Source: Candidatus Thorarchaeota archaeon (GTDB lineage Archaea; Asgardarchaeota; Thorarchaeia; Thorarchaeales; Thorarchaeaceae). From it: a stretch of 64,000 bases of DNA. Positions within the stretch are counted from its first letter, which is position 1; each line of letters begins with the position of its first letter. The stretch covers positions 1 through 64,000 of the forward strand of contig JBHLQH010000018.1 in assembly GCA_048884965.1 (NCBI GenBank), given 5' to 3'. Shown here piece by piece: positions 39,117 to 49,762 of the stretch. The notes under the pieces were generated by a model. It worked only from the letters and a program-made list of their open reading frames with translations, made no database searches and was not told the DNA's origin. Position numbers and translations under genes: made by a program.

Positions 39117-40046
39117 CTAACCTCGTTTTGGTCTTGGGTATAGTTTAGCTTCTTTCACAAGGGCAGGAACGCTTTCAATCCATCCCACACCCATCAGATG
39201 GATGCCACTCACACTCTTGACTCTCTTAATATCTTCGATTATCTCTAGCGCAATCCTCAACCCCTCTTCCTCATACGCCTTTATCAGCTCCTCCTCTTCA
39301 AGACCATCGCCAGCTTCCTTCAGTCGTTGAATCAGTTCAGGGGGAATATCAATACCTTGTACCTTCTCATCCATGAATTCAGCGATTTCAGGATTACGAA
39401 GAGGAATTATGCCTACTAACGTATTCACTTGGAAATCTTCTAGTCGTTCCATGAAATTCCCAAAGGAGGGCACATCGAAAATCGCTTGGGTCTGAAAGAA
39501 CCTAGCTCCCGCATCCACTTTTCTTCTCAATCGAGATAGTTGGGTCTCGGAGGAATCGCACGGATTGAATGTGGATCCTACAAAGAAGGATGGTGTACCT
39601 TCAAGCTCGTCACCAACCATGTCGTATCCGAGTTCCAGCATATTGGCTAAAGCGACTGCCTCCACAGTGTCCAAATCGTAGACTGCTTGAGCATCAGGAT
39701 GAGTACCTAAGGAGGGATGGTCACCTTTCATGAAGAGAACGTTTCTAACGCCTAAAGCATATGCGCCATATAGATCACTTTGGACCATGATGCGATTCCG
39801 GTCTCTTGAGGTCATTTGCATTATTGGCTCAGCATTTTCCTGCAAGACGTAGTGAGCACAAACTAGACTGCTCATAAGTGGTATTCCACGCAGATTATCA
39901 GTTACGTTGATGGCATCACAATAGTCCTTGACTGTCCTTATTCGCTCAGTAAGAAGCTCTCTATCAGTGCCCTTTGGTGGTCGTACTTCAGCAGTGACCA
40001 CGAAATCTCCTTCCTTCAAGAGGTGTTCTAGATGAGAGTGAATCAG
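39117..40046 (-). CDS. metF: Methylenetetrahydrofolate reductase
   Basis: VVTAEVRPPKG, INVTDN, RDRNRI, GDHP, GARFFQTQ, GIHLM. Start uncertain (TTG 40019 or upstream CTG/ATT). Confidence 0.88.
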   Translation of the reverse strand: MIHSHLEHLLKEGDFVVTAEVRPPKGTDRELLTERIRTVKDYCDAINVTDNLRGIPLMSSLVCAHYVLQENAEPIMQMTSRDRNRIMVQSDLYGAYALGVRNVLFMKGDHPSLGTHPDAQAVYDLDTVEAVALANMLELGYDMVGDELEGTPSFFVGSTFNPCDSSETQLSRLRRKVDAGARFFQTQAIFDVPSFGNFMERLEDFQVNTLVGIIPLRNPEIAEFMDEKVQGIDIPPELIQRLKEAGDGLEEEELIKAYEEEGLRIALEIIEDIKRVKSVSGIHLMGVGWIESVPALVKEAKLYPRPKRG

Positions 40047-40109
40047 TTATGACACTTCCAAGTTCCTAGCGAGTGGAAGTCCATATCATCTTTGCTGAAT
40101 GTATGTCTA

Positions 40110-41393
40110 TCACTGCAGGCGAACGACTTCAACGTCAATATTCATCCTCGTGAGCTTCTCTGCATCATTCATCCCTAACTCAGCTTCAATCTCTATGTAC
40201 TTCTTCTGATACGCCTCGTTCTTAATGGATCCCACATCATGGAGCCAGGAGAGGATAGACATCCCTTCATCGCCATACGGTAAATGAATCTGAAATCGTC
40301 CAAGGGCAGGTAATTCATCCTCAATGACATCTACTAGAATATCCAATCCCAGATTCTCCTTAGCTGAGATTGCTACGATAGAGTTCCCAACATCTTGGAA
40401 CCACTTGATCCTTCTATTAGCCTCTTCTTCAGTAATTAGATCAATCTTGTTCATTGCTACTACAATTGGAATCCCGTTAGCACCAATCTCGGAGAAAGTA
40501 TCCATGCATGCTTTGACCTTTCTATCAATTTCCTCAAGTGAATCGGAGGCATCTACAACAAGGACAATTACATCCGCTTCAGTGATTTCCATCAGGGTTG
40601 TATTGAATGCTCTTAGAAGATGAGCTGGAAGGTCGCTAATGAAGCCGACCGAGTCTGAAATCACGACCTGTCGAGCCTCAGTAGGTAGTATGGCGGTCTT
40701 GGTTGAAAGGGTTGTAAACAGCTTATCTGCGATCTCGACTTGAGAGCCTGTTAATGCATGATGTAGTGTGCTTTTCCCTGCATTGGTATATCCTGCTAAA
40801 GCCACCTCAAGAAAGCCTTCACTACTACGTTTTTTCTTCTTCAAACTTTGACTTTCTGATATCTTCTTTAGCTTAGACTCAATGAGACCGATACGATAAC
40901 GAATCTCCGACATCCGTTTTGTGAGGAGGTCTTCTCCAGCACCAACCTGATCAGTCGTTGGCCTGTCTCCAGTGTGTTCCTTCTGAAGTCGCATCCGGAT
41001 TTGATGCTTCTCAAAGGGAAGCTCGTATTGTAAACGCGCCTGCTCGATTTGAAGCTTGGCTTGTTGGGTCTTTGCATGCCTGTCGAATATCTCTAGAATC
41101 ACTTGATTTCTATCTCGAACCTCAACTTGCCACCGTTCCATTAGGCGGAAAATCTGACTTGACCTTAGGGTCGGAGTGAAAAGCACAATATCAATTTCTG
41201 AAACTTCAATGATATTTGCAATCTCTTCTACCTTACCAGTGCTAATGCCAAACCTAGCAGACGGCGGACTAACTATATCGAAGGAGCTATGTATGGAATA
41301 GCCAGCAGTTGTGGCAATTCGCTCGAACTCCGAAAGGAGATCGGGTTCGTTATATGCTCGACGTTGCACCAGTAACGCTTGGAGATTTTCCAT
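40110..41393 (-). CDS. hflX: GTPase HflX
   Basis: ILEIFDRHA, AKLQIE.ARL.Y, GYTNAGKST, LFTTL, DSVGFI, NKID; start moved to ATG 41393. Confidence 0.93.
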   Translation of the reverse strand: MENLQALLVQRRAYNEPDLLSEFERIATTAGYSIHSSFDIVSPPSARFGISTGKVEEIANIIEVSEIDIVLFTPTLRSSQIFRLMERWQVEVRDRNQVILEIFDRHAKTQQAKLQIEQARLQYELPFEKHQIRMRLQKEHTGDRPTTDQVGAGEDLLTKRMSEIRYRIGLIESKLKKISESQSLKKKKRSSEGFLEVALAGYTNAGKSTLHHALTGSQVEIADKLFTTLSTKTAILPTEARQVVISDSVGFISDLPAHLLRAFNTTLMEITEADVIVLVVDASDSLEEIDRKVKACMDTFSEIGANGIPIVVAMNKIDLITEEEANRRIKWFQDVGNSIVAISAKENLGLDILVDVIEDELPALGRFQIHLPYGDEGMSILSWLHDVGSIKNEAYQKKYIEIEAELGMNDAEKLTRMNIDVEVVRLQ

Positions 41394-41487
41394 TGGACTC
41401 CAGCTGTATGGGATGGTATTAAGGTATATGATATGAGTCACAGCAAAAGGTTCATTGGTGAAGAGAATGGGCTTCATTTGAGCACCA

Positions 41488-43521
41488 ATGAGTAGATTCG
41501 AAATCAAAGCAAAGGATGGTATGGCTAGACTCGGTAAGTTCTCAACAGAACATGGAACTGTGAAAACGCCATTGCTGATGCCTGTTGTACATCCGGGAAA
41601 ATCAGAAATCAAGCCATCAGAGCTAGTCACTGATTTTGGGTTCCAGATGATCATTACTAATTCATACATCATAAAATCTCAAGACAAGTACAAAGATCTA
41701 GCCCTGGAGCAAGGTGTTCATGGATTGCTTGATTTCGATGGTCCTATCATGACCGACTCAGGAACATTCCAGATGTATTTCCATGACCTACCAAAAGAAG
41801 AAATCAACCCCCTAGAGATCATCGATTTTCAAAAGCGAATTGGCTCAGACATCGGTACAATCCTAGATGCATTCTCCGACCCAGATGTGGGTAAGAAGAG
41901 AGTAGAGGAAGATGTTCAGTTATCATTGGAGCGAGCGAGAATCTCTGTACCTGAGAAAGGAGATATGTTACTTGCTGGTACGATTCAGGGAGGTATCTAT
42001 CCAGACTTGCGAGAGGAATCTGCCAAGGCTATGGCAAAGCTGGACTTCGATGTTTATCCCATCGGCGGCGTCGTTCCTATGATGGAACGCTACAGATATG
42101 CAGATATGGTGCGTGCAATCTTGGCTGCCAAAAGGCATCTTCCCGTGGAGAAGCCAGTCCACCTCTTTGGCTGTGGACACCCGATGATTTTCGCACAATC
42201 GGCCCTTCTAGGGTGCGACTTCTTCGATTCTGCGTCCTATGCAAAATTTGCAGATTCAGGACGTATGCTTTTACCTACAGGTACTGTTCACCTTGAGAAC
42301 CTCACGGAAATGCCCTGCGAGTGTCCTGTGTGCAGCTCAATGAGAGCAGATGAACTGAAGAATCTCAAACAGAAAGAGCAAACATTGCATCTAATGAAGC
42401 ATAATCTATTTGTAACAGCTGCAGAGATACGAAGGGTTCGCCAAGCAATCTCCGAAGGAAAACTCATGGAACTAGCTGCGATCCGTGCAAGAGGTCATCC
42501 TGAGCTCTATGAAGCATTTCAAGTCATGTTGAATGCTGTTGAGCAGATAATGAAAGCAGATCCGATAGGAAATACAAAATCAATCCTTTACACAGGTTCG
42601 GAAACCTCCAGATTACCAATATTCCAGAGATTCCATCGTCAGATCACAAAGTCATATCCCTATAGGAATCCCAAGACGCTCATTCTCATTCCTGATATGG
42701 CAAGTACCCCCTTCTCGGAAATTCTTGGGACATTGACCAATGCTATCAAACTCAGGGACCCTTCTGATGCGGTGGTAGCCTTTGTCACACCTGTCGGAGT
42801 TATCCCATGGGAGCTGGAGCACATTCATCCAGCTCAACAGTGTGTGTTCCCAGCAACTCTTGATCCAGTATCAATTGCTAACATCATATCTCGAACGACG
42901 GATTTCATACAAGCAGTTCATCCTCAAGAGGTGGCATGGGTTTCACGATCAGTATCTTTCAATGATGTGTATGAGGACCTTCTTGAGGCTTTCAATATCG
43001 AGATTATTGAGGGCATCGAAAAAGCAATAGCACGAATAGAAACCTATCCCGCAGGAACAAGTGGGTGGGAAAGAAGAAAGCTTGGTGCTATCTTCGCATA
43101 CCAATGGGGAGTGGATCCGAAATCATTCCTTAGCTCAATGGATATTCAATTCAAGGTATCCCGAAGTACAGGAAAGATTCGATACATAGAGAAGGCAGGA
43201 GAGATTTTGTTCACTCTTGTCCCTACCACAGGTCTCCTGACACCTACATACAAAGGCGGCAAAATACTGCAGGAAGAAGGAATCAATGAACATCACTTGG
43301 TCAAAGTCGATGATGATGCTGCAGAATTCGTGGCTAAGGGAAAATCAGCCCTTGCAAAGTTTGTGACTGCAGCTTCACCCAACCTTCTCGCTGGGGAAGA
43401 GGTCCTTATTATTGACGGGAACTCATCTCTATTAGGTACTGGTCGGGCCCTTCTCACAGGACCCGAAATGCTCGCCTTTAGCAGAGGAGTAGCAGTAGTA
43501 CCTAGGCATTCGAGGGACTAG
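41488..43521 (+). CDS. tgtA: Archaeosine tRNA-guanine(15) transglycosylase with PUA domain
   Basis: TPLLMPV, MTDSG, GGVVP, HLFG.GHP, FDSASY, CECPVC Zn site, C-terminal PUA domain. Confidence 0.93.
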   Translation: MSRFEIKAKDGMARLGKFSTEHGTVKTPLLMPVVHPGKSEIKPSELVTDFGFQMIITNSYIIKSQDKYKDLALEQGVHGLLDFDGPIMTDSGTFQMYFHDLPKEEINPLEIIDFQKRIGSDIGTILDAFSDPDVGKKRVEEDVQLSLERARISVPEKGDMLLAGTIQGGIYPDLREESAKAMAKLDFDVYPIGGVVPMMERYRYADMVRAILAAKRHLPVEKPVHLFGCGHPMIFAQSALLGCDFFDSASYAKFADSGRMLLPTGTVHLENLTEMPCECPVCSSMRADELKNLKQKEQTLHLMKHNLFVTAAEIRRVRQAISEGKLMELAAIRARGHPELYEAFQVMLNAVEQIMKADPIGNTKSILYTGSETSRLPIFQRFHRQITKSYPYRNPKTLILIPDMASTPFSEILGTLTNAIKLRDPSDAVVAFVTPVGVIPWELEHIHPAQQCVFPATLDPVSIANIISRTTDFIQAVHPQEVAWVSRSVSFNDVYEDLLEAFNIEIIEGIEKAIARIETYPAGTSGWERRKLGAIFAYQWGVDPKSFLSSMDIQFKVSRSTGKIRYIEKAGEILFTLVPTTGLLTPTYKGGKILQEEGINEHHLVKVDDDAAEFVAKGKSALAKFVTAASPNLLAGEEVLIIDGNSSLLGTGRALLTGPEMLAFSRGVAVVPRHSRD

Positions 43522-44662
43522 AGGATCTTTGTGGAGCGTCAAACATAGGATGGCCAGGAATCTTCCTTAGCGACTCAACTCCACCCACTGGAAGCACCAT
43601 TACATCATTACGAGGAGCATAGAGATTGATATCACTTCCAAGGCTAGTTTGGAAATCTGGCTCTAATAGAGCCTGTGCATCGATATCTCCGACTCTGAAG
43701 TACACTTCAAGTGAGTTTCCGACGTAGATGGTTCTAGTAACCGTTCCCGTTATCTCATTGTCATCAGGGTTCGTCTTCGAAAGAAGAAGGTCCTCAGGAC
43801 GTATGGCACACTTCACTTCCTCTCCTACATCAAATGGATACCCAATCACAGTGGTCTTGCCAGAGATGACTTGGTCATTTGGGATCTTTACAGTTATGTA
43901 ATCTCCAATAGCAGTAATCTCTCCATCTACGAATGTACATTGTCCAATGAAATCTGCCACGAAAAGGGTCTGTGGGAATGCATAGATTTCCCTTGGTGGA
44001 GCGAATTGCTGCACATAGCCACGGTCCATGACTGCAACCTTGTCTGAGATACTGAGCGCTTCATGTTGATCATGCGTCACATACACAGTGGTTATTGAAA
44101 GCTCCTTCTGAATACGAATGATTTCTTCACGCATCTCAATCCTCAGCTTCGCATCGAGGTTTGATAGAGGTTCATCCAAGAGGAGCACATCAGGTTCGAT
44201 AACAAGAGCTCTTGCAAGAGCCACTCGTTGTTGCTGACCACCTGATAATTGATGGACTCTACGTTCGCCCAAGCCTTCAAGTCGGACAAGACCAAGTGCA
44301 TTGTTGACTCTCTTTGCAATTGCAGCTTTGGTAAACTTCTGACCTTCAAACCGTTTAAGTTTCAAACCATATGCAATGTTATCATGCACCGACATATGCG
44401 GCCACAGGGCATAGTTCTGGAAGCACATACCCGTATTGCGTCGATGCGGAGGGAGATTAGTCACCTCTCGATCGTCAAAGAAAATCTTACCTGAGTTAGG
44501 TTTGTAAAATCCTGCAATCAGACGCAGAAGGGTTGTCTTACCACATCCAGAGGGACCAAGGAGAGTTGAAAGCTCTCCTTCCTTGAGAGTCATGGTCACC
44601 TCATCTGTAGCAATCACATCTCCGAAGGTTTTTCGGAGATTCTCAAGTATTATTTCAACCAT
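43502..44662 (-). CDS. ABC transporter ATP-binding subunit (Fe3+/thiamine/PotA class)
   Basis: GPSGCGKTT, LSGGQQQR, LLLDEP, TOBE tail. Confidence 0.93.
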   Translation of the reverse strand: MVEIILENLRKTFGDVIATDEVTMTLKEGELSTLLGPSGCGKTTLLRLIAGFYKPNSGKIFFDDREVTNLPPHRRNTGMCFQNYALWPHMSVHDNIAYGLKLKRFEGQKFTKAAIAKRVNNALGLVRLEGLGERRVHQLSGGQQQRVALARALVIEPDVLLLDEPLSNLDAKLRIEMREEIIRIQKELSITTVYVTHDQHEALSISDKVAVMDRGYVQQFAPPREIYAFPQTLFVADFIGQCTFVDGEITAIGDYITVKIPNDQVISGKTTVIGYPFDVGEEVKCAIRPEDLLLSKTNPDDNEITGTVTRTIYVGNSLEVYFRVGDIDAQALLEPDFQTSLGSDINLYAPRNDVMVLPVGGVESLRKIPGHPMFDAPQRSSSPSNA

Positions 44663-44672
44663 CTATTTCACC

Positions 44673-46877
44673 TCAAATTCCAGTCATCGCTGAGGAGCGA
44701 GTTCCAAGTATCTTGTTCGTTATAGTAATCACAGCCATCTGAAGTGCCATCATAAGTACACCTAAGGTCGCTGCAGATTCAGGACCTCCATATACACCCG
44801 TTCCTTCTAGGACCTCCTTCGTCCAGAATGTCATGGGAGCTTGTTGTCGGCCCACGCTACCCAGTATCAAGCTAGTACTGACTTCACTTACTGAGTAGAC
44901 AAATGATAATAGAGACCCAGCTAGTACACTCACACCGATTAGTGGAAGCGTAATCTTGGTAAAGGTCTGATTTCTATTCGCACCCATGTTCATGGACGCT
45001 TCTTCCAAAACTACAGGAGTGGACTGTAAACCTGCATATGCTGCACGTACAGTAAACGGAAATTTCCTGATTGTGTATGACATTGTTATCAGAAACCATG
45101 GCATTTCTGATGGGAATATTGGAGTGCCATAGAACAATGTGAAATAACCGGTTGCGATCACGATACCAGGTAGAGCAATTGGAGAGGTCACTAAGAGATC
45201 AAAAGCTGTCTTCCCAGGGATATTACGTCGAGCCACAATATATGCGGCGCTTGTACCTAGTAATACTATGATGATCGTTGCTATCAGCCCATATATCAGT
45301 GTGAACTGTATAGATCTTGCAACGTCTTCAAAAGCCCACAATACGTCAAAATTGCTTAATGTCCATATGTCGGGTAGTATCGAATCAGTTGACCAACCTC
45401 CAGATAGTGAAAGGATAATTACGCTGATCTGAGGGATGAGAGCAACAAAGAGCAAGGGAATCAGAATCGCATATAGTGCGATTGTTGTTCGAGAACTCAA
45501 TCTTCGTGTTCGGGGATTCCATTGCCCGCCTTTTGTTCCCGATTCGTACGACCTCAAGGATGCATACTTTCGAATTGTTAGGAAACCTATGACAGCAAAC
45601 ATCAGCAGAATCATTCCAACTGCAGGACCTGTCGGGTCAATCTGACCTGATTGAGATGCTATGCTGTCAAATACCTGAAATGCCAAGGTCTTCTGAGCTT
45701 GTTGATGCTCATAGAACACTATCGGCGTCCCAAGGTCCTCGATGCTGAGGATGAAGGTCAGGATTGCTCCTGCTTGAATACCAGGCATTGCGAGAGGAAG
45801 AGTAACCGACCTAAAGAGTTTGAATCCAGTCGCACCTAGATTCTCAGCTTGTTCTTCAAGAGAGGGGTCTATTCCCATAAAGGATGAATAGGCGTTAAGA
45901 TATACTAGTGAGAATAGCGAGAGAGACTGAACGAATATAATAGCTGCAAGTCCTTGCAGCTCAACTCGAAATGGGATGATGCCCATCGTCGTATAGAACA
46001 AATTATTGAAGAAGCCAGCACGACCCATGAATGTCTTGATACCAATTGCACCAACGAAAGGTGTTGCTAGAATTGGGAAGATCAAGACGGTTCGAATAAT
46101 CCGCTTTCCGGGAAAGTCATACCTTGCCACAATAAACGCCAAGAAAACTCCCAAAATAACCGAAAAGATGGTTACCAAGATTGCAGAGTAAATCGAATTA
46201 AGAACTGCACCAAAATCCCAACCCTGAATGACCAACAGATCACTATTCCCAGTTGGGGGAATGATTGTACGCCAATCGATGTAGGTCGTCCAAGTGTCAG
46301 TATTATCATTATATTGCCAAGGCCAGAAGTTTGAGTCAGAGAAGAGATTCACAAAATGGTAGAGTGATGGCATCCCAGTATTTGGATCTACGAATGATGT
46401 AATCACCACACTAAGAAGAGGGGCAATCAGAAATAGGCCGAATGCAACAAGTACTGCAATCAATTGAACCCATGAAAGGGAATCCATCTCCTGTCGTAGC
46501 TTTGCCACTCCACCCCAGAAAGATGGTCCGATTGATTTCGTTCCTTCAGACGGATGCAAGATGAAATTCTTGAGAGTTCGACCACCTTTCACTATAGAAT
46601 TTCGAAAGACATAGATGACTCCAATGACTACCACGAATTGCAGCATCGCATTTATACCATAGACTATGAATACCGTTCCGCCGCCAACCAGAATCAAAAT
46701 CAAGAAAACCAATATAATCAATCTGGTTTTAACAAAGGTGGAAATCCTCTCCAATAATGAAATTCCAGAAGTTCCGCCTGTAAGATAATAGTTCAGCTGC
46801 TCAAGAGGGGCAGCCGGCATTAATTCCGGCGCGTCCTCTCGAGTGTCAGGCGGAGTAGGTGAACCTGCTCCTGACAA
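44673..46877 (-). CDS. ABC transporter permease with two BPD domains (FbpB/ThiP class)
   Basis: Two EAA loops (LEEQAENLGA, LEEASMNMGA) and many TM helices. Confidence 0.9.
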   Translation of the reverse strand: MSGAGSPTPPDTREDAPELMPAAPLEQLNYYLTGGTSGISLLERISTFVKTRLIILVFLILILVGGGTVFIVYGINAMLQFVVVIGVIYVFRNSIVKGGRTLKNFILHPSEGTKSIGPSFWGGVAKLRQEMDSLSWVQLIAVLVAFGLFLIAPLLSVVITSFVDPNTGMPSLYHFVNLFSDSNFWPWQYNDNTDTWTTYIDWRTIIPPTGNSDLLVIQGWDFGAVLNSIYSAILVTIFSVILGVFLAFIVARYDFPGKRIIRTVLIFPILATPFVGAIGIKTFMGRAGFFNNLFYTTMGIIPFRVELQGLAAIIFVQSLSLFSLVYLNAYSSFMGIDPSLEEQAENLGATGFKLFRSVTLPLAMPGIQAGAILTFILSIEDLGTPIVFYEHQQAQKTLAFQVFDSIASQSGQIDPTGPAVGMILLMFAVIGFLTIRKYASLRSYESGTKGGQWNPRTRRLSSRTTIALYAILIPLLFVALIPQISVIILSLSGGWSTDSILPDIWTLSNFDVLWAFEDVARSIQFTLIYGLIATIIIVLLGTSAAYIVARRNIPGKTAFDLLVTSPIALPGIVIATGYFTLFYGTPIFPSEMPWFLITMSYTIRKFPFTVRAAYAGLQSTPVVLEEASMNMGANRNQTFTKITLPLIGVSVLAGSLLSFVYSVSEVSTSLILGSVGRQQAPMTFWTKEVLEGTGVYGGPESAATLGVLMMALQMAVITITNKILGTRSSAMTGI

Positions 46878-46890
46878 ACTTATCTAGCTC

Positions 46891-48339
46891 CTATGGATAT
46901 AGTGCTTGTATCATTGCCAAGACAGCATTGTATTGTGCCTTTGCAGCAGTGGTCCAAGCGGATTTTATTGAATTCGCGAAGTCAGCATCATTAATCATCT
47001 TATCATTGATTTCTTTTGCATACTCCATTGTGAATTCTTCATCGACCGAAGTATCTGGGTCTTCTGCAGTTACTGGCGCACCCATTAAGGCTGCGTAGTA
47101 ATCTAACTCTGTCGCATTTATGACATCGTCATAGTATGCTTGAACGATAGCGCCCCATGCTGCTCGGAGTTCTGTGTGCGCACCTGTGAAGACAGACTCA
47201 AAGTAGTTAATCAGAGCTGCATTTAGTTCCAATGACAGAGTATCATTGAAGTCAATTCCAGTTGTTGCCTTCGTCTGATTGAACACAGAATAGAGATCTG
47301 TGGCACCAGCTGCACTTGGCTCGTGAAAAGCCTCTTCCATGATAGGCATCCTTCTGATGGAATCATCAAGCCAGAGAGCTTGACCTTCCGCTGAAAGGAC
47401 GAAGTCAACGAATGCTTCTGCGTAATCAGGATGGGTGGTCGATGCTGCGATGGCAATTGGATCTCCGTTCACTATTGTCTGACCTTCAGGAAGAATATAC
47501 TCACAATCGGGGTTATTGAATTGTGAAAGATATCCGTAGAAGTCAATGGACATAGAGATGCCGACCTGTCCCAGCTCGGCTGCTTGCTGAGTCTCAACAG
47601 ATCCTCCGTAGATATTGGAGCTTCCAGCCATCCTGGCAATCGTGGTCCATCCTTCACTCCAACCCATTCCTTGTGTAATAATCTCGTAGATACGTGTATT
47701 CGAGGTCGTATCTGGAGCATTCCCCATGGCAATTGTGCGGATGTTGGGGAGGAGACTTCCATAGATAGGACCTGCCAAGTCGGTCCATGATGATGGAGTT
47801 GGTAGCTCATAGTCATCCAAGAACTGGTGATTTACTGTGAACCCAAAAGTAGAGATTGCAGCTGCAATCCATACCAGATCACCTTCATAGATACGTTTCA
47901 TATCAGCACCAGCGATCGAATCCGGTACGCGTGCGGCAACCTCCTGCATGTAAGTATCATTCAGATCACTCAGGTAACCTTGACGCATAAGCTGATCAAA
48001 TAGAGTGGGACCACCACCCCAGCAGACATCAATCTCACCAAGTTCTAGAAGGTCGTCCCAGAATTCGCCACTCGGTGTCTTCCATAGAATGTCAGTAATC
48101 CCAAGTTCCTGAGCCAAGTCACTGGCTAAGAACGCTGGTTCAAATACGGTATGAATAGCGACATCATGTCGCGTTAGAACAGTAAGTGTATTCCCTGTTG
48201 GATCTGTAGTAGTCGTTGTAGTGGTTCCACCACCACCAAGTAGAGAAAGCCCAACGACTCCTCCAACACCAACAACTACGATTACAACAACAGCGATCAT
48301 AATCGTCTTGGTATTTCGCGTGGTTTCAAACTCGCTCAT
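46891..48339 (-). CDS. ABC transporter substrate-binding protein (AfuA/TbpA-like), N-terminally anchored
   Basis: TM helix and Thr-rich linker, WGGGP, W.DL, GDPIAI, FVDFVLSAEGQ. Confidence 0.85.
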   Translation of the reverse strand: MSEFETTRNTKTIMIAVVVIVVVGVGGVVGLSLLGGGGTTTTTTTDPTGNTLTVLTRHDVAIHTVFEPAFLASDLAQELGITDILWKTPSGEFWDDLLELGEIDVCWGGGPTLFDQLMRQGYLSDLNDTYMQEVAARVPDSIAGADMKRIYEGDLVWIAAAISTFGFTVNHQFLDDYELPTPSSWTDLAGPIYGSLLPNIRTIAMGNAPDTTSNTRIYEIITQGMGWSEGWTTIARMAGSSNIYGGSVETQQAAELGQVGISMSIDFYGYLSQFNNPDCEYILPEGQTIVNGDPIAIAASTTHPDYAEAFVDFVLSAEGQALWLDDSIRRMPIMEEAFHEPSAAGATDLYSVFNQTKATTGIDFNDTLSLELNAALINYFESVFTGAHTELRAAWGAIVQAYYDDVINATELDYYAALMGAPVTAEDPDTSVDEEFTMEYAKEINDKMINDADFANSIKSAWTTAAKAQYNAVLAMIQALYP

Positions 48340-48620
48340 TTTCAGTCCTCTCAGATTAGTTGGTGCATACATTGTTTGTGTTTGCACCCTTTCTCATCCT
48401 TATAGCAAGTGTTGAAAGTACCAATCGTCGATATTAAGGTTTACCAACAATGAGGAATAATTGGACTTCTAGGAAAAAGGTGCATATGCACTCTCTATAG
48501 TCTATTCCTATCCATAACCATCACATGAAATGGGAGATGGTACCTCACGAAAAGGTTTTATCATGCAATACACACGGCTTCTATATCTTCTCTGAAGATG
48601 AGAAGGAGGACAATGTTCAG

Positions 48621-49643
48621 ATGAGAACAAATCTTTTCGCGAAGAGAGTATTTACTGTAGGCATTCTAACTGCCCTTTTTGCAGCGTTTCTCATTGGTCC
48701 TGCCCCCGTCGCAGCTGCGGGTACTGGCACAATAGTCTTTGACTATGGTCATGGTCAGTACAACAGCAACTTGTGGAACACAACAGATCTATGGTTGGAC
48801 AACAACCTGACTGCTATGGGTTACACAGTTATCTTTGATGACGATGGGATTACAGCAGCAGACCTTGAGGGTGCAGTTGGCTTTGTCGCAGGCTCTATCT
48901 ACGGATCAAGCAACGGATATACTGCAGCAGAAATATCAGCCATTGCTGATTGGTTCAATGCCGGTAAGAAATTCATGTGGATTGGCTACGACTCTGATTA
49001 TGGTGGTTATAACTACATTCAGACCAACATGTCAGAAATTCTGAAGGGTGTAGGTTCACACGTTTACGGTGAGCCCCTATCAGTTGAGGACCCAATCTCA
49101 AGCGCAGCCTCTGGTTACAGAGTGATTGCCAACACAACTGGTACTGATCCATTCATCGCACCAATCGTTCAAGGTGTCGAGAAAATCCTCTGCCATGGAC
49201 CAACTCTGCTCTATGGTAGTACAACTGGAGTTCCATTTGTAACCGCTGTTGCTCTTGAAACAACAAGCATTCCAAATGTATATCCACTTCTCTACACTGG
49301 TGAAGCCGCAGTACTTGTGAACGCTGACCTTATTGATGGCTATGCCCATGATGAAGGTGATGAGGGTTCATTTGTAATGGCGACTCTAGAAGTTGGTGCT
49401 GGTACAGCAGGCAGCGGAGTACTCATCGTATCTGGTGCTTCACCATACGGTGACTACAGACCAATGTCTGAAGCCGAATATTATGACATTGTCATGACTG
49501 GAGCTATGTCTTTCGTCAGCAATGCAATTGACTTCGGTATGAACCAGGCTCAGGCCATGGATATGACCTTGATCCTAGCAATTGGTGCTATTGGCGCAGT
49601 TATCGTCGTAGTCATCATCGTTGCTGTGATGAAGAAGAAATAG
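48621..49643 (+). CDS. Secreted, C-terminally anchored GAT-like (DUF4350/GldG-like) protein
   Basis: Signal peptide, IVFDYGHGQ, YTAAEISAIADW..GKK..I..DSD, TM helix and KKK tail. Confidence 0.6.
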   Translation: MRTNLFAKRVFTVGILTALFAAFLIGPAPVAAAGTGTIVFDYGHGQYNSNLWNTTDLWLDNNLTAMGYTVIFDDDGITAADLEGAVGFVAGSIYGSSNGYTAAEISAIADWFNAGKKFMWIGYDSDYGGYNYIQTNMSEILKGVGSHVYGEPLSVEDPISSAASGYRVIANTTGTDPFIAPIVQGVEKILCHGPTLLYGSTTGVPFVTAVALETTSIPNVYPLLYTGEAAVLVNADLIDGYAHDEGDEGSFVMATLEVGAGTAGSGVLIVSGASPYGDYRPMSEAEYYDIVMTGAMSFVSNAIDFGMNQAQAMDMTLILAIGAIGAVIVVVIIVAVMKKK

Positions 49644-49657
49644 TATAAACAAATTTA

Positions 49658-49702
49658 GAAGTAGTATGGGCTCAATCCCATCTACTTCCACTTTCCTTTT
49701 TT
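49658..49702 (+). terminator. Hairpin plus U-tract terminator
   Basis: GAAGTAG-T-ATGGG / CCCAT-CTACTTC followed by a T-rich tract. Confidence 0.6.
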
Positions 49703-49762
49703 GATTCGCTTCTCCTTTCAAGACATATCATTTAATACAACAGGGAGCATAAGAAAGGGATT

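Noticed and set aside
41394-41672. N-terminal 93 codons of the 520-aa HflX ORF
   Set aside because: They overlap tgtA on the opposite strand and show no HflX similarity; the real start is ATG 41393.
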